Assembly (NCBI GenBank): GCA_963708075.1
Contig: OY970194.1
Span: 5,440,001-5,504,000 of the forward strand
Length of the DNA: 64,000 nt
Reading direction: 5' to 3'
Source: Sedimentisphaerales bacterium
GTDB lineage: Bacteria > Planctomycetota > Phycisphaerae > Sedimentisphaerales > Anaerobacaceae
Below the pieces are notes generated by a model. It was not told the origin of the DNA. It saw only the letters and a list, made by a program, of their open reading frames with translations, and did no database searches. Positions 49,851 through 59,622 of this stretch are shown here, in pieces. The translations under genes were made by a program, and so were the position numbers. The number at the start of each line of letters is the position of its first letter. The first letter of the stretch is position 1.

Positions 49851-51131
49851 TCACGTGCGCTTCAGCTCGTCGGCGTTGTCGTGGATCTTCTGGATCGCTT
49901 CGAGGATCGTGTCCATGTCGGCCTTGGTGCCCATCAGGGCGGTGAAGTGGAGGCACACGGACTGCTTATCGTGAATCCGGTCGCAGACGGGCAGCTTGAA
50001 TCGCTTCGGGTCGATCCGTTTCCAGTGCCGCTCCGTCAGCTTGTACCGCCAGGGCTTGGTGTGCGGGGCGTACAGGGAGCACGCATTGAGCGGCTGGTAG
50101 CTGGCCTCGACGCTGCGCCCGATCTCGGCAGCCAGGGCTTTGCGGAACTGAGTCACGGGGACGTTCCTGAATGGCTTTTGGTTGTACCGGAAGGAGAAGT
50201 TGTAGAAGGCTTGGGCGGTTTCGCGGTCGTCCCGGCGCATCGGCTGCACGCCGGGAATCCCGGAAAGCTGCGCGTTGAAGTAGGTGGCGTTCTTCTCGCG
50301 TACCTTGTTGTCCCGGGACAGCCGGTGCAGGGATTCGGTGAGCAACGCGGCTTGGAACTCCGTGATCCGGTAGTTGCCCGATTGGATGAAGTTGCCCTCG
50401 TCGCCGTAAATGCCCGCGCCTTTGTCTGCCGCCCCTTTCTGCTCGGGGCGCCGACCGCAATTGCGAAGGGCATCGAGCTTCTCCCAGAGCTCGGGGTCGC
50501 TGGTGGTCAGGGCCCCGCCTTCGCCGGCGGTCATGAGCTTGGACAGCTGGAAGCTGAAGCTGCCGATGTCGCCGATGCTGCCGGCCTTCATGCCGTTCCA
50601 CTCGCCGCCGTGCTTGTGAGCGCAGTCCTCGATGACGCGCAGGCCATGGCGCTCGGCGATCTGCAGGATGGCGTCCATGTCGGCCATGCAGCCGTAGAGG
50701 TGGACGGGGATAATCGCCCTGGTCGCCGGGGTGATCGCCGCCTCGATTGCCGCCGGGTCGATGCACCAGGTGTCCTCGGTGACATCGACGATGACCGGGA
50801 CGGCGTTGATATCGAGGGCCGCGGCTGCCGTTGCCTGCCAGGTCAGCCCCGGCACGATGACTTCATCGCCGTACCCGATCCCGCAGGCCTCCAGGGCCAG
50901 TTGCAGCGTGACGGTCCCGTTCGCCAGCGACAGCGCATTCCGGCTGCCGATATACCCGGCGAAGGCCTTGTTGAACCGCTTCTCGGCAGGCCCGTTGTAC
51001 GACCAGACGCCGCTGCGCAGCACGCCGAGCAGCGCCTTCTCGTCCCGCTTGTCCCAGACCGGCCACTTCGGCCACGGATTGCGTTTGACATTTCGTACCG
51101 GCGTCCCGCCGTTGATCGCTAATCGGCCCAT
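49851..51131 (-). CDS. DegT/DnrJ/StrS family PLP aminotransferase (aminocyclitol/AHBA-synthase-like subgroup)
   Basis: LAINGG start, NGT, PVHLYG, EDCAH, SFQLSKLMTAGEGG, GNYR motifs. Confidence 0.9.
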   Translation of the reverse strand: MGRLAINGGTPVRNVKRNPWPKWPVWDKRDEKALLGVLRSGVWSYNGPAEKRFNKAFAGYIGSRNALSLANGTVTLQLALEACGIGYGDEVIVPGLTWQATAAAALDINAVPVIVDVTEDTWCIDPAAIEAAITPATRAIIPVHLYGCMADMDAILQIAERHGLRVIEDCAHKHGGEWNGMKAGSIGDIGSFSFQLSKLMTAGEGGALTTSDPELWEKLDALRNCGRRPEQKGAADKGAGIYGDEGNFIQSGNYRITEFQAALLTESLHRLSRDNKVREKNATYFNAQLSGIPGVQPMRRDDRETAQAFYNFSFRYNQKPFRNVPVTQFRKALAAEIGRSVEASYQPLNACSLYAPHTKPWRYKLTERHWKRIDPKRFKLPVCDRIHDKQSVCLHFTALMGTKADMDTILEAIQKIHDNADELKRT

Positions 51132-51180
51132 GATCGTGTCCTTCTCTGACCAGTTCTGATGAATACGTCGGCAACGTCCG

Positions 51181-51259
51181 GGGTGCCATGCTTACGCTCG
51201 CGTAAGCATGCCTTGCTTATCGACTCGAACATGTCTACGCAAGCGTAGACATGGCACCC
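51181..51259 (+). repeat. Family B palindromic repeat
   Basis: GGGTGCCATG..CATGGCACCC, 79 bp. Confidence 0.9.
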
Positions 51260-51363
51260 GGCATTACGTTCTTTGGCACACCACACTACCCGATGGGCCC
51301 ACATCTTTCAATCATCGCCACTCATCCTTGCGTAGTTTCCGGGAATCCGATAGGATTTCAGGC

Positions 51364-54010
51364 ATGGACGAGTACGGACGAGAGCTCTCTGAAGCGTGGC
51401 GGATTCGGGCTTGCAGTGAGGTTGGCGTCCCTGGTGACAGGGTGTCTCTGTCCAGCTTTGATACCCACGACTGGGTGCCGGCGGCCGTTCCCGGCACGAT
51501 CCTGGCGGCACTGGTTGCGGCGGGCAGGTACGAAGACCCGTACTTCGGGATGAACCTCAGGAACATACCACGCGAGCCATTCGAGCGATCGTGGTGGTAC
51601 AGGACGGAAATCCGTCTCTCGGAGGCCCAGGCGCACGAGACGGTCCTCCTGGAATTCGATGGGATCAACTATGCAGCCAACATTTGGCTGAACGGCCGAC
51701 AGGTCGCCGCAGCGGAAGACAGGAGAGGCGCATTCCGCCGATTCCAATACGATGTCTCGAATCTGGTCAGGCACAACGTCAATGTCCTTGCGGTCGAGGT
51801 GATCCCTCCGAAGCCGGGGGACTTCACGATCGGCTTCGTGGACTGGAACCCGCCGGCCCCGGATCGCAACATGGGCCTCTTCCGGCCGGTTCGGCTTCGC
51901 TTCTGCAACGGCGTGTCCATCGAGAATCTCTTCGTGCAGACCGGCCTGGATCTCGCTACACTCGCCGAGGCCGATCTGACAGTCACCGCCGACCTTGTAA
52001 ATCACAGTAATGAAGCCATCAGGGGCATTCTGGAGGGCTGCATCGAAGGAATCCGTTTCTCGCTCAACGTGCGCCTGCAGGCGCACGAGAATAGGACAGT
52101 GACCTTCACCGCAGATGAGTACCCGCAGCTTCGCGTCACCAAACCACGCCTATGGTGGCCGCATGACCTCGGCACGCCGGAGCTGTATCCGTTGGAGCTG
52201 AGATTTGTCGTTGGCTCGCAGGTTCTCGGATGCCGCGTCGGTCCGCTTCGGCATCCGCGAGGTGGCGGACTACCGGACGCCGGAAGGCCATCGCGGGTTC
52301 AAGGTCAACGGCCGGGAGGTGCTCATCAAGGGCGCGGGCTGGACGGATGATCTGCTGCTGGCGGACACGCCGGAGACTATTGATGCCGAGCTGCGCTACG
52401 TGCGCCATATGAATCTCAACTGCATCCGCTGCGAGAACATCTGGGGCAAGGACGGGACGCTGTACGACCTGTGCGACCAGTACGGCATCCTCATGATGGT
52501 CGGCTGGAGCTGCCAGTGGGAGCACGAGCAGTACCTCGGCAAGCCCGTCGATGAGCGCTACGGCGGGGTCGTCTCGCCCGAAGACATCGAGCTCGTGAGC
52601 CAGTGCTGGCAGGACCAGCTCCTGTGGCTGCGCAACCATCCGAGCATCTATGTCTGGGCCGTCGCCAGCGATAAGACCTGCGCACCCGATCTCGAAAAGC
52701 GGTACATGGAGATCTTCCGTAAATACGACCGGAGGCGTCCCCATCTGGCCTCCACCGGAGGCGTGGGCAGCGAGCAAGCCATCGTGACGTGTGAGCGGAT
52801 CGTCAGCGAGATCAGCGGCTGCTCCGGCATGAAAATGCTCGGGCCTTATGAGTACACGCCGCCAGTCTACTGGTACACGGATACCCGCCGGGGCGGCGCA
52901 TACGGTTTCAACACAGAGACCTCGCCGGGAGCGGTAGTGCCTACGCTCGAAAGCCTGAAGAAGATGCTGTCGCCGGAGCACCTGTGGCCCATCGACGAGT
53001 ACTGGCACTTCCATTGCGGCCTGAACGAATTCACCACGCTGGACCAGTATCGCGGCGCACTGGCGAGGCGATACGGTGAGGCGAAGACGGTCGAGGAGTT
53101 CGCCCGCAAGGCGCAGACGCTGAACTACGAGCTGATGCGACCAATGTTCGAGGCCTTCCGCGTCAACCGCCGCCGGGCCACCGGCGTCATCCAATGGATG
53201 CTCAACGCCGCCTGGCCCAAGATGTGGTGGCAGCTCTACGACTGGTACCTTATGCCCACCGGCGCGTTTTACGGGGCGAAGAAGGCCTGCCAGCCGCTAC
53301 AGCTCATCTACAACTACGGCGATAGAAGCATCTACTTAGCGGATGATCCGTCTGCAACTGTAGGGTGGGTTCTCAACCCACGCAGTCACGCAGCCGGTGC
53401 GTTCCTGACGCGTGGGTTGAGAACCCACCCTACGGGTCTCACGGCCGAGATACGCGTCTACGATATCGAGTCGAGGCTCTTCCTGGCGGCGCACCTGGCG
53501 ATAGAGGCGGGGCACGATCCATCAAAAAGCATGTTCACGCTACCCCGTTTTGAGACCATCAGTACAACGTACTTTCTTTCCCTGCGGCTGCTGGATCCGG
53601 CGGACGCGCAGATCGCCGACAATTTCTATTGGCTCTCCACGCAAGCTGATGTGCTGGACTACGAGGCCAAGGTCACGCCCTGGGAGTACTTCACGCCGAG
53701 CAAGGGCTACGCCGATCTGACGATGCTCAACTCTCTGCCGCCTGCGGAGGTGGATGTCGCGCATCACCTTGAGACTGTCGGCGACAAGGGCAGGATCACG
53801 GTCGAGCTGGCAAATCACGGCGACAGGATCGCGTTCTTCATCGAGCTGCTGCTGACCGACGCAGTTACGCGCGAGCCCATCGTCCCGATCTTCTGGCAGG
53901 ACAACTACGTGACTCTCCTGCCGAACGAGACGAAGACACTGACAGCCACGTTTCCGTCGATAGAGCCACAGCCCATTCTTACGGTCCGTGGCTGGAATGT
54001 CAGCGGATGA
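51364..54010 (+). CDS. GH2 exo-beta-D-glucosaminidase/beta-mannosidase-like hydrolase, frameshifted near 52225
   Basis: FDGINY, DWNP, LWWP in frame 1; FGIREV, LRNHPSI, FNTE, WMLNAAWP in frame 2. Removing one base joins QV-SDAASVRFG. Confidence 0.85.
53360..53433. repeat. GTAG-type REP doublet (family C) inside the GH2 CDS
   Basis: Perfect 24-bp IR GTAGGGTGGGTTCTCAACCCACGC; intergenic copy of the same length at 62600-62673. Confidence 0.92.
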
Positions 54011-56168
54011 CGCCGAGGTGGCGGCCGAGCCAGTAGGGCAGGAGGTAGATGTCGGGGGCGAATTCTTCGCGGCCGGCGTCGCCGCCGTCGAGGTTGAAGG
54101 CGTTGCCGTTGTGCTTGCTCATCGGCCGCTCGTCGGGCGGCAGGACCCCCTTCGTAGTCCACCCGCGGAAATTGGGACCCAGGAATTCGAGGTCCTTGCG
54201 GCCGCTGTTGCGCACGGTCCAACTGATCGTGTCGAGCGGAAATTCTTTCAGGGTCCAGATCGATTCTTCGAGATCGAATTCCTTGGCCCCGGTGTCGGCG
54301 TAGATGAAATTCCACAGCGGATTCCTCTCCGGGCGCTCGATCTCCCAGTGCTCCCGGATTGCCCGGCGATATTTCTCGCGCAGCTCGTCTGTGAATGCGT
54401 AGCGGTACAGGTTCCAGTAGGTCAGAAACGCCAGCTCATCATCGCTGTGGTTCCACTCCGTCGTCAGGTCGATGCCGGGGACGCGGCCGAGTTCCGTTAT
54501 CGGGATCACGATGTTGTCGAGATAACCGTACTTCTCGAATAGCTCGTAGGCTTTCTGCTTGTACAGCTCTTTGCCTGTGAAGTGATACGCCGCCTGCAGG
54601 AAGGAGATGATCTCGGCGGAATTGAGCCGCCGGTCGCCCACCTGGCGCGGGAAGCGATTGACGTACTCGGGATTCCACCGGCCCCACTGGGTGGGCTTGC
54701 CGTCGTAGTCGATGAGGTACCAGTTGTTGCGGACGATGTGGGCCATGATGGCGTCCATGAGTGTGACGGCCCGGTCTCGCCACGCTTTGTCCGGAACGAT
54801 CTCCGCAAAAATCGTGTAGGCGAAGAAATGTCCTACGATCTCATCACTGCTGGTCGTCGCCTTCCAGACCCAGTGCCTGTCCTCGGCGGGCTGCCAGCGG
54901 GATTTGTCCGAGACCTGGTACCCCGCCCGGTCGAAGGATCGAGCCGGAAAGCCTTCCATCGGCGTAATCTCGCTGAGTCGCTCCATCGCCTCGAAGGACT
55001 CATAGCAGTTCCGCAGCGCCGCGTCCGACTTCGTGACGGCGTATCGGAACAACTCACCGGCCAGATACATCGCCGTCCACAGGCCGTCATTATCCGTGTC
55101 GATCAACGTGCCGGTCGATAAATCGCCGGCCTCACTCATCACCAGCGCGCTGTTGAATCCGTACCGGATGTGGCGCTGCCGCATGGCCCTGTCGAAATGA
55201 TCTGCCTTCTCCGCGAGTGTCATCTCCTTGAAGCGGATGACATTAAGCCCCTTCTCCGTCAGCACGAGCACGGAGTCCCTGAGTCCCGGCGCAATATCAA
55301 TGGCCATATCATCCACGAGCCATCGCTTCGACGCGTAACAATCGATTCGCCCATCGGGGTGCAGAGAGAACGCTCCCTCAGGCGTTCCGAACCAGATCGT
55401 ATCGCCAATGGCCCTGATGGTTCGTATGTCCGTGCACGGCAGCTTGTTCAGGAGGTCCCCCAGTGGCCGGAGGGAATTCGGATCCCACTGGCTGTACCCA
55501 TAGGCTGTCCCCACCAGGAGGGTCCGGCCGTCCCTTGAGAAGTCAAAACAGTTCACCTGCATCATCTCGAAGAAGAGCGTTCTGTTCATATTCCGCCCGA
55601 GCTCTTCAATCGTGCCGCGCGTCAGCATCAGGTATCGCTCTCGCTCGCCGTAGAATACCCCCTGCTTTACGTCAGATGCCCGCTGCTTCCAGTCCTGAAC
55701 CGGCTTGCCGTTGTGAAAGAGAACGCTTTGCTTGTCGCCTACAACGAGGAAATCGGAGTCCTTACCCATGACCAGCCGGTGGGCGCCGGACACCTGATGC
55801 TCTACGAGGAGCTTCCCGGCCCAGGCGTTGCTCAGAACGAACTCGTCCGTCAGATAGACGAACTGCCCGTCGTGCGTCTCCATGTCCACGATGTGCATGT
55901 CTGCAAGCGGTCGGTGAAGACGATCCGGCACAAGCCGGCCCTCATGGACTTGCAGCAGCCCTTTGTCCGATAGCACGCTGATGCGGCCGTTGCGGTCGGC
56001 GCGGACCTTCAGCAGCTTCGCGTCACCCACGCCCGGGCCCAGTGGCACCTTTTCACTGAAGTCCTGACGAAAAGGTTGGTCAACGTAGGCGTTCTGCGCG
56101 CCGGCGCTCATGGCGAATACACAGCCAAGGAATATAGTGAGAACCATTGAGTTTTGCCTGCGTTTCAT
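54000..56168 (-). CDS. Secreted hypothetical protein (beta-propeller-like N-half, helical C-half)
   Basis: Signal peptide; LLVGT/IWFGT..G repeats; DNDGLWT, SSDE and HSDDE acidic motifs. Confidence 0.7.
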   Translation of the reverse strand: MKRRQNSMVLTIFLGCVFAMSAGAQNAYVDQPFRQDFSEKVPLGPGVGDAKLLKVRADRNGRISVLSDKGLLQVHEGRLVPDRLHRPLADMHIVDMETHDGQFVYLTDEFVLSNAWAGKLLVEHQVSGAHRLVMGKDSDFLVVGDKQSVLFHNGKPVQDWKQRASDVKQGVFYGERERYLMLTRGTIEELGRNMNRTLFFEMMQVNCFDFSRDGRTLLVGTAYGYSQWDPNSLRPLGDLLNKLPCTDIRTIRAIGDTIWFGTPEGAFSLHPDGRIDCYASKRWLVDDMAIDIAPGLRDSVLVLTEKGLNVIRFKEMTLAEKADHFDRAMRQRHIRYGFNSALVMSEAGDLSTGTLIDTDNDGLWTAMYLAGELFRYAVTKSDAALRNCYESFEAMERLSEITPMEGFPARSFDRAGYQVSDKSRWQPAEDRHWVWKATTSSDEIVGHFFAYTIFAEIVPDKAWRDRAVTLMDAIMAHIVRNNWYLIDYDGKPTQWGRWNPEYVNRFPRQVGDRRLNSAEIISFLQAAYHFTGKELYKQKAYELFEKYGYLDNIVIPITELGRVPGIDLTTEWNHSDDELAFLTYWNLYRYAFTDELREKYRRAIREHWEIERPERNPLWNFIYADTGAKEFDLEESIWTLKEFPLDTISWTVRNSGRKDLEFLGPNFRGWTTKGVLPPDERPMSKHNGNAFNLDGGDAGREEFAPDIYLLPYWLGRHLGVIR

Positions 56169-56283
56169 AGTCTGACGCTCCTTACGGCCGAAATCCCGGT
56201 ACGCTTCAGTTCTGCCCAGAGCATGGAAACACTCTTATCTACCACACTCAGGAACGCCGTCAAGATGCTTCATCTTGTCGCGG

Positions 56284-57030
56284 TCAGAACAGCAGCTTGA
56301 TGGCGGCGGCGGCGGCGAGGATCTGGACGACGCTGTTGAAGGCCTTCTGGGGAATTCGCCGGAGAAAGAGAATACCGGCGACGGAGCCGGCGGCGATCAG
56401 CGGCAGCATCATGAGGTCGAGCCGGACGGATTCGCGCGTGATGAGGTCCAGGTTCGCGCTGAAGGGGACCTTGAGCCAGTTGACGGCGAAGAAGAACCAG
56501 GCGCTGGTGCCGACGAAGGCGAGCTTGGGCAGGCGCATGGCGAGCAGGTAGATGACCATGACCGGTCCGGCGGCGTTGGCCATCATCGTGGTCACTCCCG
56601 CGACGAAGCCGAGCGCCATGGCGAACCACCATTGCGTCGGGACAGGGGCGTCCTCGCCCCGCAGGCGGGTGCGCCAATAATTGACGCCGAGCATGACCAG
56701 CACGATGACGCCCATGATCGGCTGGAGCATCTCGTTCGTGACGAAGCGCATGGCCTGCCAGCCCGCCATGATGCCCGCGAATGCCGAGGGCAGCAGCCGG
56801 ATCACGTGCCCCCATTCCGCCGCTTGGCGGTAGTACGCCGCCGCGAAGAGGTCGCCCAGGATGAGAATGCCCAGCAGGATCCCGGTGGACTCGCGCGTGT
56901 GGCTGGAAAAGACCATCGCCATCAGCGGGATGGGGAGGATGCCAAGTCCCGGCAGGCCGGTCTTGCTCACGCCGACCAGGAAGGCGCACAGGCCCACGAT
57001 AAACCAACTCGATGAGTTCAGATCAAACAC
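56284..57030 (-). CDS. TauE/SafE family permease
   Basis: GVSKTGLPG, MMANAAGP, FVGTSAWFF..N..KVP motifs. Confidence 0.85.
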   Translation of the reverse strand: MFDLNSSSWFIVGLCAFLVGVSKTGLPGLGILPIPLMAMVFSSHTRESTGILLGILILGDLFAAAYYRQAAEWGHVIRLLPSAFAGIMAGWQAMRFVTNEMLQPIMGVIVLVMLGVNYWRTRLRGEDAPVPTQWWFAMALGFVAGVTTMMANAAGPVMVIYLLAMRLPKLAFVGTSAWFFFAVNWLKVPFSANLDLITRESVRLDLMMLPLIAAGSVAGILFLRRIPQKAFNSVVQILAAAAAIKLLF

Positions 57031-57160
57031 ACACTACCCCGACCATTCACTGACACAACGGCCACGCCCGCACTTGCGGGTCGTGCACTGTAGCCGTTTT
57101 GACGCCGCCCCGCAATCGCTTTTGTGCTGAGCCTGACTCGTATCTCTGAAAAGTAGATAT

Positions 57161-57254
57161 GGGTGGCAGCGGCAAGCGCGAGCTTGCCGATGGCTCTTGG
57201 GGTCCGAGGAACACCATCGGCAAGCTGCGCAGGCTCCGCTTGCCGCTGCCACCC
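57161..57254. repeat. Family A palindromic repeat
   Basis: 94 bp, 18-bp perfect terminal IR. Confidence 0.85.
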
Positions 57255-57359
57255 GGATGTGCATGTCCATTGCTGTGACCGGCGTGCTTGACGGCATGGA
57301 GGCCGCTGATAGAATGGCGGGTGATTGGGACCGGTGTCGAGAATGGAAAGGGCAGGGAC

Positions 57360-57758
57360 ATGGTGAATGGACTCTCCGGCCGCATGGTTGCGGCTGTCAC
57401 GTTGCTTGTCGTCGCGGCGATGCTTGCAGGATGTCAACAGCCGCAAACCCCGGATGAGAAACAGGCCAGACTCCTGGCGGCAGAGAATATCCAGCTCAAG
57501 GAGCGTCTGACCAGTCAGCAGGCACGGGTGGAAACGGCGCAGAAACAGCAAGGCCAGAAGCTCCAGCAGCAGGAGCAGGAATTGTCGAAATGCCGGGCCC
57601 GCGCGGAGCAGTTGCAGAAGGACCTCGAAAAGGGCATCGCCGAGCGCGTTCAAGACGTCACGACAAAAGTGATGGACGAGAACGTTCGGCTGCGCAAAGA
57701 GATCGAGCGACTTCAGTCGGAAATCGAAAAGCTCAAAGCCGATCCGAATCGATCATAG
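57360..57758 (+). CDS. Coiled-coil lipoprotein
   Basis: MLAGC lipobox followed by a heptad-rich helix. Confidence 0.72.
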   Translation: MVNGLSGRMVAAVTLLVVAAMLAGCQQPQTPDEKQARLLAAENIQLKERLTSQQARVETAQKQQGQKLQQQEQELSKCRARAEQLQKDLEKGIAERVQDVTTKVMDENVRLRKEIERLQSEIEKLKADPNRS

Positions 57759-57792
57759 GTCCCATAGGTCCTGTTCGTCCTATCGGTCCTAT
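57755..57792. repeat. 9-nt period tandem repeat (GTCCTATnn), family F
   Basis: Similar array at 63553-63586; both lie just after a stop codon. Confidence 0.7.
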
Positions 57793-57798
57793 CCCGCC

Positions 57799-59622
57799 CT
57801 ATACTTCCGCGTAAGCACAGACTCTGCGAACCGCCTCGACGCAACTGGGGAGGTTGCCCTGCAAGTGGTGTCGCTGCATGGCGGCGGCGACGAGTCCGAC
57901 GAACATGGGCTGCGGCCGCAAGGGTCGCGACGTCAGGCACGGATGGGCCTGGGTCCCCATGAAGAACGGATGGGTGGGCAGTTCCAGGATTTGCATGATG
58001 GGCTGGTCGGGGGCCCTGCCGGAGAAGACCAGGCCGCCGCCCTCGAGCGTCTCGATGTAGCGGGGATCGACCTCGTAGCGGTGGCGGAATCGCATGCGGA
58101 CCGCGTCCTTCTGGCCGAAGAGGTCCCACGCCAGAGTCTGCGGCGTGATCTTGATGTCCCTGCCGCCGAGGCGCATGTTGCCGCCCAGGCCCTCGATCTT
58201 CTTCTGCTCGGGCAGCGTGTCGATCACCGGCTCAGGGGTCTTTGCGTCCAGCTCCGTGCTGTTGGCGTCCTTCAGGCCGCAGACGTTGCGGGCGAACTCG
58301 ATCACCGCCATCTGGAACCCGAAGCACAGGCCCAGGTAGGGCAGGTCGTTCTCGCGGGCGTGCCTGACGCAGGCGATCTTGCCCTCGGCGCCGCGGGAGC
58401 CGAAGCCGCCGGGGACAATGATGCCGTCCACTTCGGCCAGGTGCCGCCGGGCGTTTTCATCCGTGATGGACGTGGTCTCGATCCACTTGATCTTCACGTC
58501 GCAGCCCAGAGCGATGCCCGCGTGCTCCAGCGCGTGGATGATCGAGGCGTAGCTGTCGCGGACGGAGGTGTACTTGCCGGTGATGCCGATGGTGGTTTCG
58601 TATTTAGCCGTGCCGATCTTGTCGGTGAAATCGCACCACTTGGCCCAGGCCTTTCGCTCGTGGCGCAGGTTGATGCGGTCCTCGATCTTGAGCAGTCGCA
58701 GGACCTCGAAATCGAGGCCATTTTCGCGGAGCATGGCGGGGATCATGTAAATGCTCGCCGAATCGTGCAGGCTGATCACCCGCTCCAGGGGCACGTTGCT
58801 GTACACGCTGATCTTCTGGCGGGCCTTCTCGTTGACGGGGTTGGTGGCCCGGCAGACGATGATGTCCGGTTGGATGCCGAGTTGCATGACCTGCTTGATG
58901 CCGAGCTGGGCGGCCTTGGATTTCTGCTCGCCGAGCGCCGGCGGCTCCATGATGTAGGTCAGGGCGACGCAACAACTGCTTCCCGGCCCTTCCTCGTAGG
59001 TGAGCTCTCGCATGGCCTCGATGAAGTAGGCGTTTTCGAGGTCGCCGACGGTGCCGCCGATCTCGACGAAGACGACGTCGGCCTTGCTGTCGGCGGCGAG
59101 CTGCCGCAATCGCAGTTTCACTTCGCCGGTCACGTGCGGGATCATCTGCACGTCCCGGCCGAGGTAATCGCCGTGGCGCTCCTTGTGGAGCACGGAGCTG
59201 AAGATCTGGCCGCTGGTGGCGAAATTGGCCCGGCTCAGGTCCTGGTCGAGAATCCGCTCGTACGTGCCCAGGTCCATGTCCGTCTCCATGCCGTCGTCGA
59301 GGACGAAGACCTCGCCGTGGCGGAAGGGATTGAGCGTGCCGGAGTCGATGTTGAGGTAGCCTTCGAGTTTGATGGGCGCGACCTTGAGGCCCTTGTCCTG
59401 CAGCAGCTTGGCCAGGCATGAGGAGAAAATCCCCTTGCCCAGCCCGCTCATCACCGTGCCCATGACGAACACATAGCGGGTCTTGCCCTTCTTGTAGTTC
59501 GCCGGCATCGGCGCGAAGAACTCGCTCTCCGTTGACGTGTCGCTGATCTTCGTAAACAGTTCCCTGCTATCCACCATCTGAGTTCCAACCTCAAAAAGCT
59601 CCATGCTTCTCGGCTCTATCAT
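57799..59622 (-). CDS. pyrG: CTP synthase (divergent, N-terminally extended)
   Basis: SGLGKG, HGEVFV.DDG.ETD.DLG.YER, EIGGTVGD, PGGFG.RG, GLCFG, RHRYEV motifs. Confidence 0.93.
   Translation of the reverse strand: MIEPRSMELFEVGTQMVDSRELFTKISDTSTESEFFAPMPANYKKGKTRYVFVMGTVMSGLGKGIFSSCLAKLLQDKGLKVAPIKLEGYLNIDSGTLNPFRHGEVFVLDDGMETDMDLGTYERILDQDLSRANFATSGQIFSSVLHKERHGDYLGRDVQMIPHVTGEVKLRLRQLAADSKADVVFVEIGGTVGDLENAYFIEAMRELTYEEGPGSSCCVALTYIMEPPALGEQKSKAAQLGIKQVMQLGIQPDIIVCRATNPVNEKARQKISVYSNVPLERVISLHDSASIYMIPAMLRENGLDFEVLRLLKIEDRINLRHERKAWAKWCDFTDKIGTAKYETTIGITGKYTSVRDSYASIIHALEHAGIALGCDVKIKWIETTSITDENARRHLAEVDGIIVPGGFGSRGAEGKIACVRHARENDLPYLGLCFGFQMAVIEFARNVCGLKDANSTELDAKTPEPVIDTLPEQKKIEGLGGNMRLGGRDIKITPQTLAWDLFGQKDAVRMRFRHRYEVDPRYIETLEGGGLVFSGRAPDQPIMQILELPTHPFFMGTQAHPCLTSRPLRPQPMFVGLVAAAMQRHHLQGNLPSCVEAVRRVCAYAEV

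Noticed and set aside
31670..51259. Family B repeats as a CRISPR array or tRNA-like genes
   Set aside because: Copies are dispersed with no spacer periodicity; no D/T-loop consensus or CCA end.
51208..51363. N-terminal extension of the GH2 ORF
   Set aside because: Begins inside a family B repeat; ATG at 51364 is more plausible.
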